A DNA stretch of 64,000 nt from Malacoraja senta (taxonomy: Eukaryota), in assembly GCA_038087875.1 (NCBI GenBank), contig CM075988.1, positions 7,256,001 through 7,320,000 on the forward strand. Reading direction: 5' to 3'. Below are positions 37,599 through 51,400 of this stretch, piece after piece. The notes under the pieces are model-generated. The model was not told where the DNA came from and did no database searches. It worked only from the letters and a program-made list of their open reading frames with translations. The first letter of the stretch is position 1, and each line of letters starts with the position of its first letter. Made by a program: the position numbers and the translations under genes.

Positions 37599-40010
37599 TG
37601 AGAAACGGGTAAAGTTACTTGTATTTGTTCCCAAGCACTTCATCAATGGAAAGGGATTCTACTTCACTGTATCCAACTCATAAAGCTCATGAGACTCCTT
37701 CATTCCATAGAATTCACTATGCCAGACCATTAGAACATACCAATGCTTTTTAGGGATGGATCTTGGGAAACAAAAGTTACCTACTACTTTTATGGGTTCT
37801 GGCGTTTGTGCACTGTCACACAACTCCAGTTGAACCTCAGTACAACGCCTACAATATGAGGGAAGAAGGTGTGGGTTGACAAGTGGTCAGTGGGGACGTT
37901 GCGAGCCGGCAGCCCTGCCAGCAGCGTGTTTGTTTTTTCTACTTTTTTTGTTTTATTAGTGTGTCTCAATGTGTGTTTTTAATGTTTCTCTGTGTGTCTT
38001 CTGTGGGGGGGGTAAGGGGGAAACCGCTTCGGTCGCCTCCTCCTCGGAGAGGCGACTTTTTCCATGTCGCCTCCCCCGTGATCTAACATCGAGGATCGGT
38101 GCAGCCTTCCCCGGAGATGCGCCCGGGGCTTCAGCAGCGGGCACAGCAAGGACTCTTTCGTTGCGGAGCGGGTGAGCCCTCGCCGGGGGTCGCCGGAGGG
38201 GAGCGCTCCGTTCGCTGGCCCGCGGCAGCCTGAAGCCGCGGTCTGCGGAGCTCCAGCTCGCGCAGCGTCCGGAGCCTGGGATCCCTCGTTGGGGACCCCG
38301 GAGGAGAAGAGCACCGACTGCTGGTCCGTGGCCTACTTCTAACCGAGGGCGCGATGGGGACTTCCATCTGGAGAGGGATCCCTCGCCGGGGATCCCTGGA
38401 GAGGAGCTCCGACCGCCGGCCTGTGGCCTACACCATCTTGAAGCCGTGGTCTCCGGTGGGGAAGCACCAATTCAGGACTTACCTGGACTTGCCTTGTCTG
38501 CACATCTGGACGCCCGCAGCGGCGACTGCGGAGGGTTGTGGTCCCGACCACGGGGGAAAATAGAGGAGGACACACTAAACTTTGTGCCTTCCAGCACAGT
38601 GATGAATGCTGTGGTGAATGTTTGTGTTCTTTTTATTGTGTATTGTGTGTTCTTTTTTTAATTAAAAAAAATATATATATATATTTATTAGAAGTACATT
38701 ACATTACAACCAATTACATTAGTACTCATCACGTATATCTTATTACAATTAATGTACTCCGTCATTTTTTACACTAATAAAAAGTAAAGGTTGAGATTAA
38801 GAAAAAAGAAAAAGTGAAGGAAAATAGTGAAGGTGAAAAAACGTGACAACAGGAAAGAACAGAGACCCTGTAGAAAATAAATTAAGAAGAAAGGATTAAG
38901 AGATCGACCCTAAAGAAGAAGAAAAAAGAGAAAGAGGAAAAAAGAGAAAAACAAATACTTATAAGCATCACGCAAATGGGATATACCAACTCTCCAGCTT
39001 TCATCCCCCTTTACCTGACCTCAGTTTTTTTTAAAGTACTTTTGCACCCTATACTTGTAATAATTCTATAAATGCAGACCACGTCAAGTGGAAGTGATCT
39101 GGTTTACCTGCCAGGAGGAGTCTTATCTCTTCTAGGTGTAATGTTTCAAACATATTTGAAATCCACATGTTTATAGTTGGTATTGGAGCGTTTTTCCAGA
39201 ATTTTTGGATTAACTTTTTTCCAGTTATTAACCCGTAATCTATTAATTTCTTTTGAAACACATTTAGTTCACGGCTATCTTCCGTTGTTCCGAAGATAAT
39301 CCATTCTGCTTTTGATGTCAGTTTTATTTTAAATAATTTTGTAAAGATTTCAAAAATTTCAATCCAACATTTTTGAATTTTGTACAAAAAACAAATGAGT
39401 GCGCTATAGTAGCTTCTTGAGATTGACATTTATCACAAATGGATGATACATTGGGGAAAATTTTATTAATTTTAGTTTTTGAATAATATAATCTATGTAA
39501 AATTTTAAATTGTATTAAAGTGTGTCTTATATTAATCGAACATTTATGCACGTTGAATAAATGTTCATTCCACCTTTCCTTTGAGATTTTAATAGCTAAT
39601 TCTTGTTCCCAGTCTCTTCTAATACCTTCCGTAGATGGTATTTCTACATTTAAGATAATATTATACAAATATGATATTAAGTTTGCTGATTCAGCTTTTA
39701 TCTGCATTGCTTCATCCAATACATCTGCTGGGATATTATAATGATCTTTTGTATATATTTTCAAATAGTCACATATTTGAAAATATTTAAAATATTGATT
39801 ATTTCCCAGTTTATATTTTATTTGTAATTGTTGGAATGATAGTAATTTTCCAGTTTCATACAAGTCACCGAACGTTTTAATTCCTAGTCTATCCCATTGT
39901 ATAAAAGATTTGTCTGTAATAGAGGGATTAAACGAAGGGTTATTAACTATTGGAGATAAAAGCGATAGATTTCTTAATTTTAAATTTTGTTTTATTTGTT
40001 TCCAAGTTCT

Positions 40011-43000
40011 TTTTAAAAAAAAATTATAATAATATTTATATTAAAATCGTTACAAGTTTTTCATTTCTAAATTAATAATATTGTCAAATATTATTCGTAT
40101 TGTCTCCAATGATTTTTTTTTTTTTAAGTAAGTAGAAATAAAAAAAATAGGTGAAAGAAAGAGAAAAGAGAGAGAAGAAAAGAAGAAAAAAAAGAAAGAG
40201 ATAATAAAGAAGAATGGAATAACTTACTAAAATACTTCATTCGAGATATATTCGTACATTTCAGAATATAACATTTCATCTAATCCTTGGCTCGAGTGCC
40301 AGTCAGGTTCCCGTGCTGAACCATTCTGACCCTTTAGATAATCAATAAATGGAGACCATGTTCCAACAAATAATTCTTTTTTGTCCAACAGGACAAGTCT
40401 AATTCTTTCCAAGTGTAATGTCTCCGTCATTTCTATAATCCACATTTTAATTGTAGGGGTTATAGGACCTTTCCAAAATTTTAGAATTAATTTTTTCCCA
40501 GTAATTATACTATAATCAATAAAGTTTCTTTGAGTTATTGTAAATGTTTGATTTGGTTCTAATATTCCTAGTATTATTAATTTTGGATCCGGGTCCAATT
40601 GAGTGCTGGTAACTATAGATATTATTCTAAAAATATTTGCCCAGAATTTTTTAATTTTTATACAATTCGCAAACGTATGAGTTAAGTTAGCATCTAAATG
40701 TTGACATTTATCACATGTAGGGGTAATATGTGGGAAGATTTTATTTAATTTTGTTTTAGAATAATGTAACCTATGTAGTACTTTGAATTGTATTAGAGAG
40801 TGTCTGGCATTTAATGAACATTGATGTATGTGTTGTGAACTTTCTTCCCAAGTATCTTTCGTTATTATTTGATTTAGTTCTTTTTCCCATGTTTGTCTGT
40901 ATAAATCCGTCGATGGAATCTCGCTATCTAATAAAATATGATATATGTAAGATATTAATTTTTCTGTATTAGGATGTTTATTCCAACAGTCATTAAGAAT
41001 TTCTGAATTTCTAATTCTAAAGTTTTGAGTACTTGCTTTAACATAATCTCTAAGTTGAAGATATCTGAAAAAATCATTTACTTGAAGTCCATAAGTCTGT
41101 TGCAGCTTCTGAAATGAAAGAAAAGTGCCTTTCTTGTAAAGTTGTCCCATCATTTTAATTCCATAATTTTTCCATTGTATGAAACCTTTATCCAACCATG
41201 AGGGCTTAAACAAAGGGTTATTCGCAATTGGAAGAAAAAGTGATAAATTATCTAGTTTTAATGTATTTTTTAATTGTTTCCAAATTCGCATAGCACTATA
41301 TATTATAGGATTTTCCCTATAAATTTTTTTGTTTAATTTAGAAGTAGAAAATAGTATCGAGCCGATTTCAAAAGGTAAACAATCTTCCTTTTCCATTTTT
41401 AACCAATCTGGTTGTTGATCTATTTCTTCCAACCAAAAATTCATATTTTTAATGTTAACTGCCCAAAAATAAAACAAAAAGTTTGGTAGAACTAAACCTC
41501 CATTTATTTTTGATTTGCACAGATGTTTTTTGCTTATCCTATGATTCTTATAATCGCAGATAAAGTCACTGATAATGGAATCCAACTTTTTGAAAAAGTC
41601 TTTTGGCAAGTATATCGGAATTGTTTGAAAAAGATATAATATTTGCGGTAAGAAAATCATTTTTATGGCATTAATTTTACGAGCCATTGAGATAGGAAGT
41701 GTTTTCCAGTACTGAATATTCTTATGTAGTTTATTCAGTAATGGGGTAAAATTTGTTTTAAATAATGATGTATATGTCTTAGTGACATAAATTCCTAGGT
41801 ATTTAAATTTTTCATTTACTATTTTAAACGGGAATTGTTGTAGTATATGTTTATTATGTTCCCTTATTGGCATAATTTCACTTTTATTCCAATTAATTCT
41901 GTATCCAGAGAGTAAACCAAATTGGGTTATTAGATTTAATAAATTTGGAATACTAATTTCTGGTTTTGTAATGTAAATTAATACATCATCTGCGTATAGA
42001 GAAATTTTATTCACTGTGTCCTTTGTATTATACCCATATATTTCCGGGTGTGTCCTAACTCTTTCTGCGAGTGGCTCAATAGCAAGCGCAAATAATAATG
42101 GAGACAACGGGCATCCTTGTCTGCAGCCTCTAGATAGGTTAAATTTAGATGATAACCTTTGGTTTGTTAATATTCTAGCCGTTGGGTTAGTATATAACAA
42201 TTTTATCCATGTGCAGAATTTCTCGCCCAGTTGCAATTTTTCCATCACTGAAAATAAATAGGGCCATTCAACCTGATCAAACGCTTTTTCGGCATCAAGT
42301 GAGATTATTGCTAAGTCTTCATTGGTGATTCTCTTTGAGTACATTATATTAAATAATCATCTCAAATTAAAATATGAATACCGTTTCAGAATAAAGCCTG
42401 TTTGGTCAGGGTGTATTAATTTATTCATCACTGTACTTAATCTGTGCGCTAGAATTTTAGTTAATATTTTCTGATCTGTATTTAAAAGTGCAATTGCTCT
42501 ATATGATCCTGGATCTTCGGCATCCTTATCAGCCTTTGGTATAAGTGTTATTATAGATTCGTTTAAGGTATCTGGCAGTTTCTGTTGAGTATAAATATAC
42601 TCATACAGTGCTTGTAAACGTGGAGAGAGCAAGTTGTAAATTTTTAAATAAAATTCAGAGCCTAAACCATCTGGGCCTACTGCTTTACCATTTTTTAAAG
42701 ATCTAATAGACTCTTCAATATCTTTTATCGTAATTTCAGCTTCTAATAATTCTCTATCTTTTGAGTCTAAATCTTTTAAATTACATTTTTGTAAAAATTC
42801 TGCTATTCCTTCCGGTTGTTCTATAGTTTTAGTTGAGTAAAAATTATGATGAGTCGGCGTACAGGATGGAGGTGGAGCTGCTCACAGGATGGTGCAAATC
42901 CCACAACCTCATTCTCAACGTGGGAAAAACTAAGGAGATGGTGGTTGACTTCAGGAGGGCGGGAAAACAACACCATACACCTCTGCACATCGATGGAGCT

Positions 43001-45453
43001 GATGTGGAAAGGGTCAACAGCGTGAAGTTCCTAGGACTCCACCTGTCAGATGACCTGACGTCCACGACCAACACCACAGCACTGGTCAAGAGAGCCCAGC
43101 AGCGACTACACCCTCTCCGAAGACTACGTAAAGCAGGTCTCCCCACTACACACCTACGAACTTTTTACAGGGGGACAATCGAGAGCACATTAACCTACGG
43201 CATCACTTCCTGGTTCGGGAGCTGCAAGGCGTACGAACGGCACCAACTAGACAGGATTGTGAAGACCGCCAGCAGGATTATTGGTGCTCCACTCCCTTTC
43301 CTGCTGGACATATACAGGAAGAGATGTATCAGCAGAGCCATCTCCATCATCAAAGACCCCTACCACCCATCGCATCACATATTCTCCATCCTGCCATCTG
43401 GGAAGAGGTACCGGAGCATTAGGTGCAAAACCAGCAGGATGCTCCTCAGCTTCTTCCCACAGGTTATAAGACTGATAAACGGACTTTGCCCCCTGCCAAA
43501 GTATCGTGCACCAACCACCAACCTGGACACACTGCAGCAGAGCCACTGTCGTGCCGCTGCCGATCGGAATGCCTGTTGATGTTTAGTAGAGTAGAGTGTT
43601 AATTTGTTCATGATATATGTATTTTTACTTCTATTTGTTTTTTACTGCACACTGAAATGGACACTGGTTGAGGAACGTTTTTTTGTTTCCTCTGGGTATG
43701 CGAATACTCAGGAAATGACAATAAAGATATACAATACAATACAATACAATACAATGATAATATTGGAGAAATCTCTCATTTATATCCTTGGGCAGTTTTA
43801 ATAATTCTCCCGTATCTGATCTAATTTTATGAATTGTTTTTTCCCCCTCCAATTTACGGAGCTGACGTGCTAATAGTTTTTGTGATTTGTCTCCGAATTC
43901 AAAATGTAATTGTTTAGTGTGTTGATAAAGTTTTATTACTTATTCTGAGTACATTTTGTTTAATTTATATTTCAATACAGTGATTTTATTATGTTTTAAC
44001 ATAGTTGGCATTGTCGTATTTTCTATAACTAGTTGCTTTATTTCCCTTTCCAGTGTCTGTTGTTTAATCCGGTTCTCTTTGTTATAAAATACTTGGGAGG
44101 AGATTAGTGCACCTCGTACAAACGCTTTAAATGTTTCCCAAATAAGAGAAACAGATGTGCCAGGGGTGTCATTAGTCTCGAAAAATGTTTGAATCTGTTT
44201 AATAAGATATTCCTGACATGATCTTTCATTCAAGATTTGTGGGTTAAGTCTCCAATATGTTTGTTTCTCGGCCATTCCATTTAATTTAATCATAAATGTT
44301 AAAGGTGCATGGTCTGAGATTATAATATTATGGTATTTTGAATTATAAGTAAATGGGATAAACGTTGAGTCTACTAAAAAATAGTCTATTCTTGAGTATG
44401 TTTTATGTACTGGTGAATAAAATGAATATTCCCGTCCAGTTGGATTTTCAATTCTCCAGACGTCCTTAATATTAGTGGTATTAATAAATGAGTTTAGAAA
44501 TACACTTGATTGAGATTTTACTTTTTTTTGCCTTGATGATCTATCTAAATAAGGGTCTAGTGTACAATTTAAGTCTCCTCCAATTATTAATTTATATTGT
44601 GTAAATTCTGGGATTATATTGAATGTTTTATTAAAAAACATAGGATTATCAAAATTAGGTCCGTATACATTAAGAAGAATCACTTTTTTTCCATTTAACT
44701 TTACAAATAATAAAATATAAAGCTACCATCAATATCCGCTATTGTTGATGAATGAGTAAAAGATATCCCTTTACGAATTAATATTGCAACTCCTCTGGAC
44801 TTGTGTGAAAAAGAGGAATGGTACGTCTCAGCAATCTACTTAGCTTTTAGTCTGTTGTGATTCCTTTTTAAGGTGTGTTTCTTGGAGGAATATTATATCT
44901 GTCTTAAGTGAATTTAAATGTGCTAAAACTTTACCTCTCTTAATTGGTTCATTAATTCCCTTAACATTCCAACTACAAAACGTTATTCCTTCACCCCCTC
45001 TTGTCATATTACCATCTTGCATATTGTTTCTAGGGTGGTCTATAGTCGTGCAGAAGGCGCAACACACAAAACCTGATCCTGTCCCCAAACATCAGATAGA
45101 TGAATTTTAAATTACGTACATCGTTCTTCCGAACATATCTCCTTAAATTAATCTTGTAGTTCCATTCAAACTTGAAATTATAACAATATTTAAAGTGAAA
45201 GAAGTAATATAATTGGTTAGTATAGTGAGAGAGAAAAGAAACTACATCTACAATTAGTGTAGTTAGTGATAGCCACACTAGCGTGGCTAGTATTCTAAAG
45301 ACTTCCGTAGCCTTTGTAAAAGAAAAAATCCTAGCTCCGTGCTTTCCAAAAAAAGAATGAAAATATTTTTAACAATAAAATAATTTCTTTGGGAGTAACA
45401 AAAAAATTAAACAAAAATATTTCTTAATTCCTTAATTAACAACATTATTATTC
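40011..45453 (-). mobile_element. L1-clade LINE 'b' with near-complete decayed ORF2, inserted in L1 'a'
   Basis: SWNVKGIN, FLQETHL, GGDLN, SRIDYF, ISDH endonuclease motifs; RQGCPLSP and LYADD in RT; TSD TTATTTGTTTCCAAGTTCT at 39992-40010 and 45454-45472. Confidence 0.95.
42846..43755 (+). mobile_element. 5'-truncated Rex1/Babar LINE inserted in L1 'b'
   Basis: DESAYRMEV...LNVGKTKEMVVDFRR...FYRGTIESTLTYGITSWFG...SFFPQ; AATAAA and (TACAA)n tail. Confidence 0.93.
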
Positions 45454-46575
45454 TTATTTGTTTCCAAGTTCTGATTGTACTATGTATAATTGTTTTTTTG
45501 TTATAATTTATGTTATTCAGTTTCATTGGTGAGAGGAGGATCGCTCCAATATTACCAGAGGAGCAGTCCTCTCTCTGCATTACAATCCAGTCCACTTGCT
45601 GGGCAGAGTTGTCCATCAGTTGGATCATATTTTTAATATTTACTGACCAATAATAATACATGAAGTTAGGGAGTGCTAAGCCCCCTAATACTTTAGCTTT
45701 GTTCAAGAGTGTTCTTTGTATTCTATGGGATTTATAATCCCATATAAAATTAGTAATGTCTGAGTCCAATTAAAAAAAAAAAAAACTTCTTTGGTAGATA
45801 TATAGGAATCGATTGAAATAGGTATAAAATTTGTGGTAAGAAGATCATTTTTATTGCATTTATTCGGCCTATTAAAGACATCGGAAGCGTTTTCCAAAAT
45901 TTAATTAATGTATTTAATTTATTAAGTAGAGGATCATAATTTGCTTTGAACATGCCTTGATATGTTCTGGTGATTTCAATACCCAAGTATTTAAATTTTT
46001 CTGTAGCTATTTTAAAAGGGAATTTTAAAAGATGTGTTGAGTCTTTCGGTTTTATTGACATAATTTCACTTTTATTCCAATTTATTCTGTATCCAGAAAA
46101 GGATCCAAAGTCCTCAATTAGATTTAGTATGTTTGGTATAGTAATTTGAGGTTTTGTAATGTACAATAATATATCATCCACATATAAAGATATTTTATTA
46201 TTTGAGTATTTAGTATTATACCCATGGATATCTGGATGTGTTCTAATTTTTTCTGCTAAAGGTTCAATTATGAGAGCAAACAACTGTGGTGATAATGAGC
46301 ATCCTTGTCTGTTTCCCCTTGATAGTTGAAATTTCGAGGATAATATGTTATTAGTTAATATTCTAGCTGTAGGCTTATTATATAATAATTTAATCCATAA
46401 AATAAAATTCTCTCCCAGTTGGAATTTTTGTAATACTTTATCCATATAATTCCATTCTACTTGGTCAAATGCTTTTTCAGCGTCCAGCGAAATAATTGAT
46501 AATTCTTGTTCTTCAATTTTGTGTGAGTGCATTATATTGAGTAGACGTCTCATATTATTAGATGAATATCTCTTA

Positions 46576-48420
46576 AAGGGCTGTCTCACTGTGCGAGTTG
46601 ACCCAGGAGTGACCCCGAGTTTAAAACAAATTTAACTCGTGGTAATCACGTACAATTAACGTAGCGGGAACGTCGGAACTCGTGGACGCAACTTAGCGAC
46701 TCTTGGTGCTATCGGGAGGTACCCGTGAAACTTGTTAACTCTTGCAAAAGTTCAAACATGTTTGTACTTTTCCACGAGTAAAATGTACTCTTGTGGTTAA
46801 AATGTGAAACATTTTAAACTTGTTGTAAGAACGTAGTGGCCCGTGCGTTTAACTTTGTGACTCATGATTCTACCGTGGGAACTCTTTTTAGAAACAATAA
46901 TCAGGGACAGAAATATCAGTTACTTAGACTTTTTAAAGACAAATTCTGCTTAACAAAGTTAAGCAAGTTATTGATAAGGTGACAGAGTGGGTTGAAAAGA
47001 AAAAATTGCTCGAAGTTTATATATAAATTTGTGTTGTGTTGTGTTGAAAAGCTTTTTGCTGATCCGTTTGATTCTCACTGTTTGTTTACTTCATTGCACA
47101 ATAAAAGAGAGTTCTTTGCTATCAAGATCAAATTGATGTCTGGAAGTCTTCATTTTAATATCACTACAAAGTCTCATGACTTGAATATAATATTCCTTTC
47201 ATCATAAAACACAAAATAGAAGAAGGCAAAATATATTCACATCTTGATTCTCACAATCATTTGTGAGATTTAAGGACTCAGCTGCCTCATATGCTGTGCT
47301 TTTTAAATGTTTAAAATTGTCACCTCTCAGTAGATCAGAAAATAAGACAAAGTCTTATGTGAAACAAATGTCTTGAATGTGAAACAAAGTCTTTATTCTT
47401 GTTCAATATAAAAAACGCTTTTTTGCGCATATTGAGAAATATGCGTAATTTCCTGCAAACCCATATCACGGTGAAGCACCACAGCAAACAACACAGTGGT
47501 CTGAAAAAGGGCTTCTCATACATGAAAATCAACAAATGAAGCACAAATAAAAGTATTTCCACTATATACTAATTCAGCTGAGAAATGCACAAGTCTAAAT
47601 TCAGGCAATAAAAGATACAATGCAATGCGCTAAATGACAAGTTTTGAGATCTACAATCAGATAAGCAGATGCATGATAACTATGTTTTAAAGGAAAGACA
47701 GATGCAATGAAATTACTTTTACACCACAATAAAAAATAAAATCCACACTTAAAGTTAAACAATGAAAAGTCAGCAGGATTTAAACTAAACATGAAATTAA
47801 CTGGATTTTTCTGCATGTGGGCTCTCCTCATGCAGTGATGTACCTGTGGTCGGCAGCCGCTCAAAATAAGCTGTCCTGCCACGGCACACTGCCCAATTCT
47901 GAATTATAGTAGGAGCAGAGATGGTCTCTCTGCTCTTTTGCACTGTTGGTCCCCGTGTTACCTCGAAAACACTGCAGTGGCACCAAAGTCTCGTCGTTTG
48001 TACCACTCCTCCACGCACCTAGTGTTATTCTCCCTGTTTGACTGTCCACTAAGTCACCGTGCTGCATGGCTGTCGCTGATCCTGAAGCTGCACCTCTGAT
48101 ACGGATCAGGTTGTGCAGAACACATGCAGCAAACACAATAGTCTCTACGTTCTTTGGCTGGCATGACATCATTTTTTTAACGTGTGATGATTTTTCAACA
48201 CTTCGATATACATTGTTGCCTCAAGATTAACGGGAGAGGAACTTGGTACACTCGGGAGACGAACTTGGAACATCGCAGAAATGAGAAGTAAACGGCAAAC
48301 TTAGACATACCCGTGGGAACTCGGTTAAACTCTGGATCATAAACTTGTAGTCTCGTACGCAACCACGAGTCTTTCACGCGGGGTCACTCGTGGGTCAACT
48401 CGCACAGTGAGACAGACCTT
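46576..48420 (-). mobile_element. Internally deleted PIF/Harbinger DNA transposon
   Basis: TIRs AAGG(G/T)CTGTCTCACTGTGCGAGTTGACCCA.GAGTGACCCC; TTA TSD; removing the element restores L1 GFIPKRYSS; transposase C-terminus IVFAACVLHN...GSVPWQ at 47861-48172. Confidence 0.95.
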
Positions 48421-51400
48421 TTAGGGATAAACCCCGTCTGATCTGGGTTTATTAATTTACTAATATATTTACTTAATCTTCTAGCTAATGTTTTCGCTAA
48501 TATTTTTTTATCTGTATTTAACAATGCTATAGCTCTATATGAACCCGGTTCTTCTATATCTTTGTCTTTTTTAAGTATTAGTGTGATCGTTGATTCAGCT
48601 AATGTATCAGGTAATATTTGTTTTTTAAAAGCATATTGATACATTTTTTGTAACCGTGGTATAATTTTGTCATAAAAGCTTTTATAAAATTCATTAGTAA
48701 ATCCATCAGGACCTGGAGTTTTTCCATTCTTTAATGAATTTATTGTGTCTTCTAATTCCTTGATTGAAATTTGTGCACCCAATTCCTCTTGTTCCTTCAA
48801 CTCTAACTTTGGAAGATTACAATTATCCAAGAACTCTGTAATTTTATTGGAGTCCGTTGTCATTTTAGATGTGTACAAATTCTCATAAAATTGTGCAAAT
48901 CTTTTATTAATATCCTTCGGTATGGTTAGTAATTCCCCTCTATCTGGATCGTATGTTCTTTTTCTCGTTTTTTTAGCTGACGAGCCAAATGTTTATGCGG
49001 TTTATCCCCAAATTCAAAATGTTCCTGTTTTGTAATTTGGAAAAGTCTTATAAGTTTGGCTGATAATAGTTTATTTAATTTAAATTTCAAAATTATTATT
49101 TTATGATGTTTATCCATTGATGGATCTTTAGCATTATCTATATCCATTTGTCTAATAAGTTCTTCTAACTGTCTTTGTTCATTCTTATTCTTTTTATTTT
49201 GAAAAGCTTGGTATGAGATTATAACACCTCTAATAAATGCTTTAAAAGATTCCCATAGTAAAGTAGGCGATATATCTGGAGTGTCATTTATTTCAAAAAA
49301 GACGTCCATTTGTTCTTTTAAATATATACTCGCTTGCGGATCTTTTAGGATTTGAGAATTGAATCTCCAAAACGTTGGGGACCCCGGAGGAGAAGAGCAC
49401 CGACTGCTGGTCCGTGGCCTACTTCTAACCGAGGGCGCGACGGGGACTTCCATCCGGAGCGGGATCCCTCGCCGGGGATCCCTGGAGAGGAGCTCCGACC
49501 GCCGGCCTGTGGCCTACACCATCTTGAAGCCGCGGTCTCCGGTGGGGAACCACCAATTCAGGACTGACTGCGGAGGGTTGTGGTCCCGACCACGGGGGAA
49601 AATAGAGGAGGACACTAAACTTTGTGCCTTCCAGCACAGTGATGAATGCTGTGGTGAATGTTTGTGTTCTTTTTATTGTGTATTGTGTGTTCTTTTTTAT
49701 TGTACCGCTGCTGACAAATTCATTTCACTGCACTTGATGTGCAAGTGACGAATAGAACTTGACTTGACTTGACCACAGCATGAGCAAGAGACTGATGGAG
49801 AATCAATTCACCACCTCATTAAGCCACTAACCAGATGAGTGATCCTAAATGATATATTATATTCCTTAACAAACGTATTTGCATGTCCACATTCATTCCT
49901 TTTAACACATCAAGGAATCAATCTCTGCTCCTGTTATCTGAAATGTGTTACTGCTGTATTGCTCTGTTACCTTAGGGATAGTGGATTGCTTACTGAAGTC
50001 TGATCTTCACACACAATGTACTTTCTTTAGAGGAGACCCATTCTGATGTTAGAAATGATCAATAGCTTTAATACTTTGGTCACCTTATCTACATTGATGG
50101 ACAATAATCACTGCTTTAGTTAATGTGGCTGAGAGTAATGTGTATTTCAATACACTTAGCAAATAGGCATATAAATGTGAGATTGCATAGAAGAACTATA
50201 ATTTCATGCCAGTCCACTTACAATCAGCAAAGTGAAAACTAACATTGACTCCTCTAACAGTTGAAGCTCTTGAACCAATTTTGACCTATTGGGTACTAAT
50301 GATTAAGTTACCAGGGAAGAATGATAATGTTTAATTTAGTTTATTATCATGTGTACTGAGGTGTAGTGAAAAGCTTTTTGTCGTATGCTATGCAGTCAGT
50401 GGAAAGGCTATACATGATTAGTTATAACAAAGCCAAACTCTGGAGAACATGGCTAGGTGATAATTTGGGTTGGACCACACCCAAACCTTCACCGTTCTCT
50501 AGAGATGCTGCCTGATGCGCTGAGTTACTGACACTTTGTGTCTTTTTTGGTTAACCAGTATCTGCTGTTCCTTCTGCTCCTTATAACCAAGCCATTTGAT
50601 CTATGACGCACACCATTGGCATCTTTGTTAAGCTAGGTTCTATCGGATGTGCAGCAATGCCAGCAACTGCAATATAACTGTAACTTTGTTCTACACGGTA
50701 GAAAAACATGGGATCCAAATGAAAATAAAATAACATTTTGATTAAACATTGAAAATCATTAGTCATAACTTTGAATTGATTATATTTGGCTCTCTGGCAC
50801 AGTTCCATTATGATGGCCTAGCATTCAGTATGCGACAATACTCAGTATGCTCCAAACTGCTGCCTTTCCCTTAGAGTCCACTCTTCATGATCCAGAAGAA
50901 GATCTTTCTTTTGATGGTCCAACATCACATTGCAACCCTTGGTTGATTAAAGTAGCAGTGTCAGTTGATTGGGACATGGCTAAGAATATTAGTAAACATG
51001 GTGCCTGAAGCTACGGGACCAAACAACAATAACATAATATCAACCTCAGACCTAAAGCTGAGGCAGTCCACATCGTTGGTTATAGGCATCTTATTCCAGC
51101 TATCTTCACTTCTCAATCAGATCTCTGTTCACTTAGAGGAAAACTCTGTTCACACGTCAAAGGTGTGTAAATGGTCTTGACAGAAAGGTGTTGATGGTGG
51201 GACAGGTTGCGTGTCCTACCATCTACTGATGTAGAAGAGCAGTGTCTCTTTGTTTAAGAAGAATAGCCAGCTGCTGATATGTTGCATCTTATGGATCTTC
51301 ACAGGATTTCTTTCTGGGTAGCATTTCTATTCATTGACTGTTGCACCATTCAAGAATGGCATCATTTTGCTCAATAAGAACATCTCAGGATTTGCATTTT

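Larger units (their letters stand above)
38660..49372 (-). mobile_element. L1-clade LINE 'a' (5'-truncated ORF2; pieces 38660-40010, 45454-46575, 48421-49372)
   Basis: FWRFNSQIL, GKTPGPDGF, SYRAIALLNTD, DQTGFIPKR, SLDAEKAFDQVEW, RQGCSLSP, YVDD, CDKC...AHSF motifs. Confidence 0.92.
37883..49773 (+). mobile_element. Bipartite Rex1/Babar derivative split by the L1 nest (5' part 37883-38659, 3' part 49373-49773)
   Basis: GC-rich head; GCCTTCCAGCACAG junction; tail ATTTCACTGCACTTGATGTGCAAGTGAC plus (CTTGA)n. Confidence 0.72.

Noticed and set aside
40227..42344. 705-aa ORF as an active L1 ORF2
   Set aside because: Upstream frameshifts, a Rex1 insertion and no ORF1.
47861..48172. HARBI1-like host gene
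   Set aside because: Only a C-terminal fragment, enclosed by TIRs and a TSD.
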